This document shows, in pieces, positions 41,441 through 49,990 of a stretch of 64,000 nucleotides of DNA. Position numbers and translations under genes: made by a program. Within the stretch, counting starts at the first letter, position 1, and every line of letters starts with the position of its first letter. The stretch is from NCBI GenBank assembly GCA_038227875.1, contig JBBRPR010000017.1:89191-153190 (forward strand), written 5' to 3'. Source of the stretch: Planctomycetota bacterium. GTDB lineage: Bacteria > Planctomycetota > SZUA-567 > H5-PLA8. A model generated the notes under the pieces. That model made no database searches and had not been told where the DNA came from. It saw only the letters and a list, made by a program, of their open reading frames with translations.

Positions 41441-43519
41441 TTGAAGATGCCTAAGAACCTGTGGGAAGCCAATAAAGGTGGGAAGCTCGAAGGAATCGAC
41501 ACCCTCGTCTACCGCTCGAACCTGCTCGGCACGGACCGCAGCGTCTGTAATTGGGGCGGCGGCAATACGTCGACCAAGACGGTGGAGAAAGATTTCCGCG
41601 GCCGCGACGTGACGGTGATGTGGGTCAAGGGCAGCGGTTCGGACCTGGCGACGGCCAAGGCCAAGAATTTTACCGCGCTACGCATGGACGACATCGCGCC
41701 GCTCTTCGAACGCGAATCGATGACCGACGAAGAGATGGTCGCCTACCTCGCCAACTGCATGACCGACGCCAAGCACCCGCGCGCGTCGATCGAAACGCTG
41801 CTCCACGCGTTCCTCCCCTTCAAGCACGTTGACCATACGCATCCCGACGCGGCGATCAGCATCTGCTGCGCGGACAATGGCAAGGAAATCGCCAAGCAGA
41901 TCTACGGTGACCGCATGGCGTGGGTGCCGTTCATCCGCCCCGGCTTCACGCTGTCGAAGATGATCGCGCAGGCCGTGCGCGACAACCCCAAGGCCGACCT
42001 GGTGCTGATGGAAAAGCACGGTCTGGTCACGTGGGGCGAAACGTCCGACGCGTCGTACCAGAAGACGCTGGCCGTCATTCAGGAAGCCGAAGACTTCATC
42101 GCCAAGCGCGTGAAGGCCGCCGGCAAGAACCTGTTCGGTGGCGAGAAGTACGCGACTCTCCCGAAGGAACAGCGCCGCGCCATCGCGGCCAAGATCATGC
42201 CGGGCATCCGCGGCGCGGCCAGCAAGCTTAAGAAGACGCTGCTGAGCTACGACGACGGCGACGATCTCCTCCAGTTCATCAACAGCGTCGACGCCCCGAA
42301 GCTTAGCCAAGTCGGCGCGGCCTGCCCCGATCATCTCGTTCACACCAAGCGTGTTCCGCTTTATGTCGAATGGAATCCCGCGTCCGGCAACGTCGATGAA
42401 CTCAACGAAAAGCTGAAGGCTGGCATCGCGCAGTACGCCGAAGAATACAAGGCCTACTTCACCCGCTGCAGCGCCAAGGGCGATGTGCTCGGCGATCCGT
42501 ACCCGCGCGTGATCCTGATTCCGGGCGTCGGTCTGATCTCGACGGGCAAGTCCAAAGTAGTCGCCGACATCAGCGCGGCCCTTTACCGCCGCGCGGTCTC
42601 GGTCATGTCCGGCTCCACAGTGCTGGGCAAGTTCGTCTCGCTCGACGAAAAGGAATCGTTCGGCATCGAATACTGGCCGCTGGAACTTTACAAGATGACT
42701 CTTTCGCCGCCCGAGGCTGAATTCTCGCGGCAGGTCGCGCTGATCACCGGCGGAGCCGGCGGCATCGGCAGCGCGACGGCGCGGCGTCTGATCAAGGAAG
42801 GCGCTCACGTCGTCCTCGCGGATTTGAACATCGAACAGGGCGAGAAAGTCGCCGCTGAAATCAATGCCTCGGCCGGCGAAGGCCGCGCCTACGCGGTGCG
42901 CGTGGACGTCACCAAAGAAGAGCTGGTCGCGGCGGCATTCGACGCGGCGATCCTGAACTACGGCGGCGTCGACATCGTCGTCAACAACGCCGGTCTGGCC
43001 ACCTCCTGCGCGTTTGAAGACACGTCGCTGAAGGAATGGAATCTGAACATGGACGTGCTGAACACCGGTTACTTCCTGGTGGCGCGCGATGCGTACAAGA
43101 TCATGAAGAAGCAGGGCATCGGCGGTTCGTTTGTCTTCATCACCTCCAAGAACGCCGTCTACGCCGGCAAGAACGCCGCCGCGTATAGCGCCGCGAAAGC
43201 AGCCGAAGCGCACCTGGCCCGCTGCATCGCGGCCGAAGGCGGCGAAGTCGGAATCCGCGTCAACTCCGTGATGCCCGACGCCGTCCTGCAAGGCTCCGCG
43301 ATCTGGAATTCCGGCTGGCGCAACGCCCGCGCCGCCGCGTACGGCATTAAGCCGGAGCAGCTCGAAGAGTACTACCGCAAGCGCACGATCCTGCTGGTCA
43401 ACGTCTATCCCGATGACATCGCCGAAGCTGTCTCGTTCCTGTCCTCGTCGAAGGCGTCGAAGACCACCGGCTGCATGATCACCGTCGATGGTGGCGTGCC
43501 GGCGGCGTTCACCCGGTAG
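41441..43519 (+). CDS. rhaEW: Bifunctional rhamnulose-1-phosphate aldolase / short-chain dehydrogenase
   Basis: GGGNTSTK, VKGSGSDL, SIETLLH, DHTHPD, CPDHL, IEYWPLE; SDR motifs TGGAGGIG, NNAG, YSAAK; AAGGAG RBS (ATG 41447 is the alternative start). Confidence 0.93.
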   Translation: MKMPKNLWEANKGGKLEGIDTLVYRSNLLGTDRSVCNWGGGNTSTKTVEKDFRGRDVTVMWVKGSGSDLATAKAKNFTALRMDDIAPLFERESMTDEEMVAYLANCMTDAKHPRASIETLLHAFLPFKHVDHTHPDAAISICCADNGKEIAKQIYGDRMAWVPFIRPGFTLSKMIAQAVRDNPKADLVLMEKHGLVTWGETSDASYQKTLAVIQEAEDFIAKRVKAAGKNLFGGEKYATLPKEQRRAIAAKIMPGIRGAASKLKKTLLSYDDGDDLLQFINSVDAPKLSQVGAACPDHLVHTKRVPLYVEWNPASGNVDELNEKLKAGIAQYAEEYKAYFTRCSAKGDVLGDPYPRVILIPGVGLISTGKSKVVADISAALYRRAVSVMSGSTVLGKFVSLDEKESFGIEYWPLELYKMTLSPPEAEFSRQVALITGGAGGIGSATARRLIKEGAHVVLADLNIEQGEKVAAEINASAGEGRAYAVRVDVTKEELVAAAFDAAILNYGGVDIVVNNAGLATSCAFEDTSLKEWNLNMDVLNTGYFLVARDAYKIMKKQGIGGSFVFITSKNAVYAGKNAAAYSAAKAAEAHLARCIAAEGGEVGIRVNSVMPDAVLQGSAIWNSGWRNARAAAYGIKPEQLEEYYRKRTILLVNVYPDDIAEAVSFLSSSKASKTTGCMITVDGGVPAAFTR

Positions 43520-43522
43520 TTT

Positions 43523-43745
43523 GTAGTCCGGGCGTCCCGCCCGGTCCCTCCGGAGCGACAGGCATTGAAATAGTTTGAAGCGTTCTTGGCAAGTCGTGCG
43601 TGCAAACCAACGCCGGCCCCCTTCCCCGAGAGGGAAGGGGAGACGTGGTGGGTGGGAGCAGGGCAGTGAGGATGTTTTTTTTCGAGGTCGGATTTCGGGG
43701 CTTGTGTTAAACACTTCAGACCGGGCCAGGAAAGCCCGGGACTAC
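43523..43745. repeat. Inverted GTAG-REP pair (REPIN-like) enclosing a second hairpin
   Basis: GTAGTCCGGGCGTCCCGCCCGGTC and, on the minus strand, GTAGTCCCGGGCTTTCCTGGCCCGGTC; inner CCCCTTCCCcgagaGGGAAGGGG. Confidence 0.7.
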
Positions 43746-43764
43746 GCGGGGAGGACGGTAGACC

Positions 43765-44988
43765 ATGGCAGATATCGCATACCAGGCGTTTGAAAAAATC
43801 CAGAAAGACCGCGGCATTGATGTCAACGCGGCCAAGAAAGCTGTCAAAGAATTGAAAGTCGAAACCCCGTCGTGGGGCTACGGCGATTCGGGTACGCGCT
43901 TCAAAGTCTTCAAGAAGGCCGGGGTGCCGCGCAGTCCGTTCGAGAAATTCGAAGACGCGGCAATCGTTCACAAACTCACCGGCACCTGCCCTTCGGTCGC
44001 GATCCACATTCCGTGGGACAAGGTCTCCGACTACAACAAGCTCCGCCAGCACGCGGAATCGTTGAATGTCAAAATCGGCGCGATCAATCCCAATGTCTTC
44101 CAGGACGACGTCTACATGTTCGGCAGCGTCTGTAACGCCAACGCCGACGTACGTAAGAAAGCCACCGACCATCTGCTCGAATGCGTGGAAATCATGCGCG
44201 CGACGAAGTCGGACATTTTAAGCCTCTGGTTCGCCGACGGCACCAACTACGCCGGCCAGGCCAGCATCCGCCAGCGCAAGCACTGGATGGAAGAGGCCCT
44301 CGCCACGACCTACAAGGCGATGGACCCGGGCATGCGCATGCTGATCGAGTACAAATTCTTCGAACCGGCGTTCTACCACACCGACCTGGCCGACTGGGGC
44401 ATGGCCTTCAACACCGCCAGCAAGCTCGGACCGCAGGCTGAAGTGCTCGTCGACACCGGGCATCACGCGCCGGGCACGAACGTCGAACACATCGTCGCTT
44501 ACCTCCTCGACGAAGGGAAGCTCGGTGGCTTCCACTTCAATTCGCGCAAATATGCCGACGACGATTTGATTGTCGGGTCGACCAATCCCTACGAACTGTT
44601 CCTGATCTTCCAGGAAATCGTGGGCGCGCAGCGCGACAAGTCGGCGCCGAAGGCTCAGCGCACGGCCGACAAGATCGCGTACATGATCGACCAGAGCCAC
44701 AACATCGAACCGAAGATTCCGGCGATGATCCGTTCGGTGCTGAACGTTCAGACGCAGTACGCCAAGGCGCAGCTGATCAATTGGGGCGAACTGGCGGAAG
44801 CGCAGGCCAAGCAGGACGTGCTCCGCGCGGAAGCCGCGGTGCGCGACGCGTTCGAACAGGACGTCACCGCGTTCCTGCAGGTGACCCGCGAAGAGCTCGG
44901 CGCGGCCGCCGATCCCATGAAGGCCTTTGCGCAGAGCGGCTACGGCGAAAAAATCCTCGCCCGCGGTGTCGGTGGAGCGAGCTGGTAA
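43765..44988 (+). CDS. rhaI: L-rhamnose isomerase (RhaI type)
   Basis: ETPSWGYGDSGTRFKVF, VAIHIPWD, LWFADGTNY, EYKFFEPAFYHTD, DTGHH, GFHFNSRKYADDDL, DQSHN. Confidence 0.93.
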   Translation: MADIAYQAFEKIQKDRGIDVNAAKKAVKELKVETPSWGYGDSGTRFKVFKKAGVPRSPFEKFEDAAIVHKLTGTCPSVAIHIPWDKVSDYNKLRQHAESLNVKIGAINPNVFQDDVYMFGSVCNANADVRKKATDHLLECVEIMRATKSDILSLWFADGTNYAGQASIRQRKHWMEEALATTYKAMDPGMRMLIEYKFFEPAFYHTDLADWGMAFNTASKLGPQAEVLVDTGHHAPGTNVEHIVAYLLDEGKLGGFHFNSRKYADDDLIVGSTNPYELFLIFQEIVGAQRDKSAPKAQRTADKIAYMIDQSHNIEPKIPAMIRSVLNVQTQYAKAQLINWGELAEAQAKQDVLRAEAAVRDAFEQDVTAFLQVTREELGAAADPMKAFAQSGYGEKILARGVGGASW

Positions 44989-44992
44989 ACGC

Positions 44993-45081
44993 TGAGTGAT
45001 GAACGATGAATGATGAATGCGCAAGCGTTCATCATTCGTCGTTCTTGCGGATTCATAACTCAACATTCATAGTTCATCGTT
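44993..45081. repeat. TGATGAA/TTCATCA heptamer runs as an inverted pair
   Basis: tgatgaacgatgaatgatgaat ... ttcatcattcgtcgtt ... ttcatagttcatcgtt; short relative at 18051-18070. Confidence 0.7.
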
Positions 45082-45100
45082 ACTTTTTTTGGAGGGACAG

Positions 45101-45469
45101 ATGAAAGCTATTGGTCAAACAACGTGGTTGATCCCGGACGGTTACTGGCCGCAGTTCAGCACGGGAAAGTTTCCGAGCCACGAGGCCGTGTGCATTCTCA
45201 ACACGGGCGACAAGGACGCGACCGTCGAGATCACGCTTTTCTTTGAAGACCGCGCTCCGCTCACCGGTTTCACCGTGACCTGCCCCGCCCAGCGCACCAA
45301 CCACGCGCGCATGGACAAGCTCAAGGACAAAGCCGGCAAGCCGATTCCGCAGGGCGTGCCGTACGCGATCCTGGCCGAATCCAATGTGCCGATCGTCGTC
45401 CAGTATTCGCGCATGGACACAACGCAGCCGGAGATGGCGTTGATGACATGCGTGGGCTACGCCGGTTGA
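45101..45469 (+). CDS. Sensory rhodopsin transducer (ASRT) family protein
   Basis: IGQTTWLIPDGY, SHEAVCILN, FEDRAP, RTNHAR, ESNVPIVVQYSRMDT; GGAGG RBS. Confidence 0.85.
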   Translation: MKAIGQTTWLIPDGYWPQFSTGKFPSHEAVCILNTGDKDATVEITLFFEDRAPLTGFTVTCPAQRTNHARMDKLKDKAGKPIPQGVPYAILAESNVPIVVQYSRMDTTQPEMALMTCVGYAG

Positions 45470-45473
45470 TTTG

Positions 45474-45618
45474 CCTGGTGCCACGGATGCGCGAACGCTT
45501 GAGCGTAGCAAAAGCGGTCGTTCATCCGTGCTGGGAGCACGGCGAAGGCGGAGCACCAACGCACGGATGAGTGCATTTCTTCGCTGCGCTCTGAAATTCA
45601 CGCATCCGTGGCACCAGG
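45474..45618 (-). repeat. Long-hairpin element, family B copy 3 (inverted relative to copy 1)
   Basis: CCTGGTGCCACGGATGCG...CGCATCCGTGGCACCAGG with the same internal stems. Confidence 0.85.
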
Positions 45619-45678
45619 TCATCCTCTTCCGCGTGCGTTTTTGAATTTCTAATTTTGAAGTTTTAATTCGAGGTACGT

Positions 45679-47166
45679 ATGCCACACAAATGGACCGGTC
45701 TGGCCGTCGATCTCGGTGCTTCCAGCGGCCGCGTGATGTCCGGGCACTTTGACGGCTCGAAGCTGGAGATCGCGGAGCTGCATCGGTTCGAGAACGAGCC
45801 GGTGCAACTTCCGCAGACGCTCCATTGGGACGTCCTCCGGCTCTACCGCGACATCAAGCTCGGCATCCGCAAGGGCGCGGTCGCGGCGCGCGACAATGGG
45901 ACGACTCTCAGTTCCATGGGCATCGATTCCTGGGCGATCGACTTCGGCCTGCTCGACAAGAGCGGCAACCTGCTCGGCAATCCCGTGCATTACCGCGACC
46001 ATCGCACCGACGACATGATGGAGAAAGTCTTCGGCATCATTCCGAAGAAAGACATCTTCGGCATCACCGGCATCCAGTTCCTGCAGTTCAACACGATCTT
46101 CCAGCTCGCCGCGATGCGCATGGCCGACAGTCCGCTTCTGCCGATCGCCGATGCGTTTCTGTTGATGCCCGACCTCCTCGCGTTTTTCCTGACTGGAGTC
46201 AAGGCCAACGAATTCACCAACGCGACGACCACGCAGATGCTCGACGCCGTCTCCGGAGAGTGGTCGTCAGCGCTGATCGAAAAACTCAAGCTGCCGCGCC
46301 ACATTTTCAGGGAGGTCGTCCAGCCGGGAAAGATTCTGGCCAAGCTTTCGCCGGCCGTCGGCGAGGAACTCGGCGCACCGGGACTGCCGCTGGTCGCCGT
46401 CGCCACGCACGATACCGGATCGGCCGTCGCGGGCACGCCGGCGCGTTCGGAACGTTTCGCGTATTTGTCCTGCGGCACGTGGTCGCTGCTCGGCACCGAA
46501 GTGAAAGCGCCGGTCCTCAACGCTAAGGCGCTCGAACTGAATTTCACGAACGAAGGCGGCATCAACGGCACCTACCGCCTGCTCAAAAACATCATGGGTC
46601 TGTGGCTGCTGCAGGAGACGCGGACCGAGTGGCAGCGGCAGGGCAAGAACGTGAGCTGGCACGAGATCACGGCGCTGACGGCGCAGGCTCCCGCGTTCCG
46701 TTCGTTCATCGATCCCGACGACAACCGTTTCTTCTCGACCGGCGACATGCCCAAACGCGTGCGCGAATTCTGCAAGGAGACCGGTCAGGAAGTTCCGGAA
46801 AACGACGCCGCGCTGCTGCGTTGCATCACCGAAAGTCTCGCCTTCAAATACCGCTGGGTGCTCACGCGCCTGGAGGAACTTTGCGGCGCGAAGATGGCCG
46901 AGCTTCACATGGTTGGCGGCGGCATTCAGAACACGCTGCTCTGCCGCTGGACGGCCGCCGCGTGCGGGCGCCCGGTGCTCGCCGGACCGGCGGAAGCCAC
47001 GGCGCTCGGCAACATCTCAGCGCAGTTGCTGGCGCTGGGCGAAGTTGCGTCGCTCGCTCAATCCCGTGAGCTGATCGCAAAATCGTTTGCACCGGCGCTC
47101 TACGAACCGCAGGATACGCGCGCGTGGGACGACGCGTACGGACGGTTTGAGAAGGTGTTGAAGTAA
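45679..47166 (+). CDS. rhaB: Rhamnulokinase
   Basis: LAVDLGASSGR, GIDSWAIDFGLLD, YRDHRT, HDTGSAV, SCGTWSLLG, TNEGG, RLLKNIMGLW, VGGG, EATALGN. Confidence 0.93.
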   Translation: MPHKWTGLAVDLGASSGRVMSGHFDGSKLEIAELHRFENEPVQLPQTLHWDVLRLYRDIKLGIRKGAVAARDNGTTLSSMGIDSWAIDFGLLDKSGNLLGNPVHYRDHRTDDMMEKVFGIIPKKDIFGITGIQFLQFNTIFQLAAMRMADSPLLPIADAFLLMPDLLAFFLTGVKANEFTNATTTQMLDAVSGEWSSALIEKLKLPRHIFREVVQPGKILAKLSPAVGEELGAPGLPLVAVATHDTGSAVAGTPARSERFAYLSCGTWSLLGTEVKAPVLNAKALELNFTNEGGINGTYRLLKNIMGLWLLQETRTEWQRQGKNVSWHEITALTAQAPAFRSFIDPDDNRFFSTGDMPKRVREFCKETGQEVPENDAALLRCITESLAFKYRWVLTRLEELCGAKMAELHMVGGGIQNTLLCRWTAAACGRPVLAGPAEATALGNISAQLLALGEVASLAQSRELIAKSFAPALYEPQDTRAWDDAYGRFEKVLK

Positions 47167-47184
47167 ACCCTGACGGGAAATCAC

Positions 47185-47943
47185 ATGCTTGCGGTCGAAC
47201 GATTGCGCGAAATTGAGAAGCGTGTGAAGCGGTCTGGAAGTGCGCGCGTGTCCGACCTGGCGCGCGAGCTGCTCGTCACCGAAGAGACCATCCGCCGCGA
47301 TCTCGAGAAACTAGAAATTGAAGGCAAGCTGCTGCGCAGCCACGGTGGAGCGGTGGCGGCGCAGTCGGCCATGCAGGAGACGCCGCACTCGGAGCGCGAA
47401 CTGCGACAGGCCACGGAAAAAGCCGCGATCGCGCGCGAAGCGGTGACGCGAATCGGTGCGGGTGACACGCTCTTTATCGATGCCAGCAGCACGGCGCTGG
47501 AACTGGCGCGCATCCTGCCAGACATACCGCTCACGGTGCTGACCAATGCGATCAAGGTGGCCGTCGAACTGGCGAAGAAGCCGCACATCCGCGTGATCTG
47601 CACCGGCGGCGCGCTCGCGCCGGACTCGCTTTCGTTCTACGGACCCTCGGCGCAGAAAGTGCTCGACGAATTTCACGTCGGCAAACTGTTTCTCTCGTGC
47701 AAGGGCATCGATTTCAAACGCGGTGTCAGCGAAGCCAACGAACTGCTGGCGGAGCTCAAGCGCCGCGCGATGGAGCGGGCCAGCTGGAAATGCCTGCTGG
47801 CCGACAGTTCGAAATTCGGCGTCAACGGTTTCGCGGTCTTCGCGATGCCGGCCGATTTCAACGAAGTCATTACCGATTCCGCAGCCAGCGACGACGCCGT
47901 GAAGTTGTTCAAGCAGGCTGGCGTCGCGGTTACACTCGCGTAG
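47185..47943 (+). CDS. DeoR/GlpR-family regulator, probable rhamnose regulator
   Basis: HTH VTEETIRRDLEKL..RSHGGA; EKAAIAREA, FIDASST, LADSSKF; last gene of the rha operon. Confidence 0.9.
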   Translation: MLAVERLREIEKRVKRSGSARVSDLARELLVTEETIRRDLEKLEIEGKLLRSHGGAVAAQSAMQETPHSERELRQATEKAAIAREAVTRIGAGDTLFIDASSTALELARILPDIPLTVLTNAIKVAVELAKKPHIRVICTGGALAPDSLSFYGPSAQKVLDEFHVGKLFLSCKGIDFKRGVSEANELLAELKRRAMERASWKCLLADSSKFGVNGFAVFAMPADFNEVITDSAASDDAVKLFKQAGVAVTLA

Positions 47944-48042
47944 CAGCCCGTTGATAAGGCTATTCCGCCAGGTTTCTCCGTGGAAACGCTGGCAGTAAAG
48001 GCGTTTCACGGCGCAGGCCATGGGTTTATCAACGGGCTGTTA
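47941..48042 (-). mobile_element. About 100-bp MITE-like element, family A copy 3
   Basis: TAGCAGCCCGTTGATAA...TTATCAACGGGCTGTTA; overlaps the DeoR TAG stop; inverted relative to copies 1 and 2. Confidence 0.78.
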
Positions 48043-48050
48043 GTCCCGAA

Positions 48051-48614
48051 TTATTTCTTCCGCAACAATTTCAAAGTGACTCGGTTCGCGATGACCAGTT
48101 CACAGTAGTTGGTCAGCGCCGCGCTGTCGGAATCGAAGACCATGTATTCGAATGGGAAGTTGGCGAAGCTGTCATCGATCAGCGGCGCCTCGATGCCGTA
48201 GGTGCGGAGCTTCTTCGCGACGGCCGGATCCAGCAGCGCTTCCGCCCCGGCAATGAACATCAGGTGCGAAGCCTCGGTGGAATCCAGCCCGGCGTCGGTT
48301 GCAGCGTCGTACTCGGTCGTCATCAGCGCTACCGCTTCGACCAGCGGCTGCGAGAGCGACTGTAGCGATGTCGCGAACTCGAAATAGTTCCACTCGGCGG
48401 GGCTGTAGCGGTGCTGGTTGTGCGTCTTTTCTGTGTTGCGCAGCGAGAGCGCGAAGTACTCGTTCCATGGATAGATATCCAGCGAGATGCCGGTGACGCT
48501 AAGGATCTTGCCGCCCATTTTAGGGATCGCGTCGAACGTGATTTTGCTGCTGTCGAGCAGCTCGAGAATGGCAGCGAGAAACTTTTTCTTCATGGCTTCG
48601 ATGTCGGTCATCAC
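48051..48614 (-). CDS. Hypothetical acidic protein
   Basis: 187-aa ORF with plausible codon usage filling the gap; no family recognised. Confidence 0.6.
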   Translation of the reverse strand: MMTDIEAMKKKFLAAILELLDSSKITFDAIPKMGGKILSVTGISLDIYPWNEYFALSLRNTEKTHNQHRYSPAEWNYFEFATSLQSLSQPLVEAVALMTTEYDAATDAGLDSTEASHLMFIAGAEALLDPAVAKKLRTYGIEAPLIDDSFANFPFEYMVFDSDSAALTNYCELVIANRVTLKLLRKK

Positions 48615-48695
48615 AGGAGCATAACTTTATGAAAGTTAATCGCAATTTTCTTCTCTGTAGCCCGTTGCCATAGTGCCGTCTGAAACTCCGTCTGT

Positions 48696-49724
48696 ATGGA
48701 GACTGTGCCTATGAACCGCCAGCGCTGGACCATCGCTCTCCTGATCGTCACGATTATGTTATTGCTCATTTCCAACGTCAGTCGCACGGCCGAGCCAGTG
48801 AGCGAAGCGCAGGCCGACGCCGATGCGGCCGCCAAAGAGCAAGTCTACGCCTCCATGACGCCGGATGACGAAAAAGGCTTCGAGCGCATGGGCAAGCCGA
48901 AGTCCGGCGAGTGGCTGGCGACTTTTCACGAAATTCCGCAGACGATGGAGCGCTACCGCCTGGCGACCAGTGTCCGGCCGACGGAAAAACGGAAAGTGAT
49001 CGTGCTGCAGCCGCTGGGGAAGGTGACCGATGAGCAGCAGAAAACCATGGAGGCGCTCTGCGCGTACACGGAAGCATTTTTCCAGATGCCCGCGCGCGTC
49101 GAAAAGCCGATTGAACTCACGCCAAAAGATCCCGCGATTCAAATGGTTCGCAACATCCCCATGGGTCACCGTCACGGCACGTACGACAAGCAGTACGACG
49201 CCGGCGCGATTTTACAGCAGGTGCTGATTCCGCATCTGCCCGACGATGCGGTCGTGTACCTCGGCATCACCATGGAAGACCTCTGGGATGGCGATCTCAA
49301 CTATGTCTTCGGCGTCGGCAGCATGGTTCAGCGCGTCGGCGTCTACAGCCTCTGCCGCTACTACCCGGAATTCTGGGGCAAGAAGCGCGTTGAGGGCGAC
49401 GAGCAGCTCGGCTTGCTGCGCGCCTGCAAAGTGTTGAACCACGAAGCCGGCCACATGTTCGGTCTCGGTCATTGCGTTTTTTACCACTGCTCGATGAACG
49501 GCTCGATGAACCTGCCCGAAACCGACGCCGCGCCGGTTCACTTCTGTCCGCTCTGCGACAAGAAGCTGGCGTGGAACATCGGCTTCGAACCGATGAAGCG
49601 CTTTGTGGCGATGAAGGATTTCTACGCGAAGTACGGCATGACCGAGGAAGCCGACTGGACCGCCAAGCGCATCAAGCAGTGGGAAATTATCACCGCGAAG
49701 AAGAAGCAGCCGAAGGACGAGTAG
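48696..49724 (+). CDS. Archaemetzincin (M54) zinc metalloprotease, exported
   Basis: GEWLA, ITMEDLW...NYVFG, HEAGHMFGLGHC..YHCSMNGS, FCPLC; N-terminal signal/TM. Confidence 0.9.
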   Translation: METVPMNRQRWTIALLIVTIMLLLISNVSRTAEPVSEAQADADAAAKEQVYASMTPDDEKGFERMGKPKSGEWLATFHEIPQTMERYRLATSVRPTEKRKVIVLQPLGKVTDEQQKTMEALCAYTEAFFQMPARVEKPIELTPKDPAIQMVRNIPMGHRHGTYDKQYDAGAILQQVLIPHLPDDAVVYLGITMEDLWDGDLNYVFGVGSMVQRVGVYSLCRYYPEFWGKKRVEGDEQLGLLRACKVLNHEAGHMFGLGHCVFYHCSMNGSMNLPETDAAPVHFCPLCDKKLAWNIGFEPMKRFVAMKDFYAKYGMTEEADWTAKRIKQWEIITAKKKQPKDE

Positions 49725-49838
49725 GACTCGGGCCACGTGGCCCGAGTCGGTCATTTTGACCTTCGTGCCAGCTGGCACGAAGGTCGGAGATTGGACAGCA
49801 GTCCGTAGTCCGACCCTGGTACAAATTTGTACCAGGGT
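49725..49838. repeat. Three different perfect palindromes (24, 28 and 26 bp)
   Basis: 49725-49748 GACTCGGGCCACGTGGCCCGAGTC; 49758-49785 GACCTTCGTGCCAGCTGGCACGAAGGTC; 49813-49838 ACCCTGGTACAAATTTGTACCAGGGT. Confidence 0.9.
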
Positions 49839-49990
49839 ACCCCTGTGGCAATTGCTAAAAGGGTCCCCCCTCTACTACCATAAGGAAAATTTTCCTTATG
49901 CAAAAAGTACAACATTCATTCAATTCTTCTGAATCGCGAGATCGCAACGCTTGAGTTGCGCTTTCGACCCAATCCCATAACTTGTCACCC

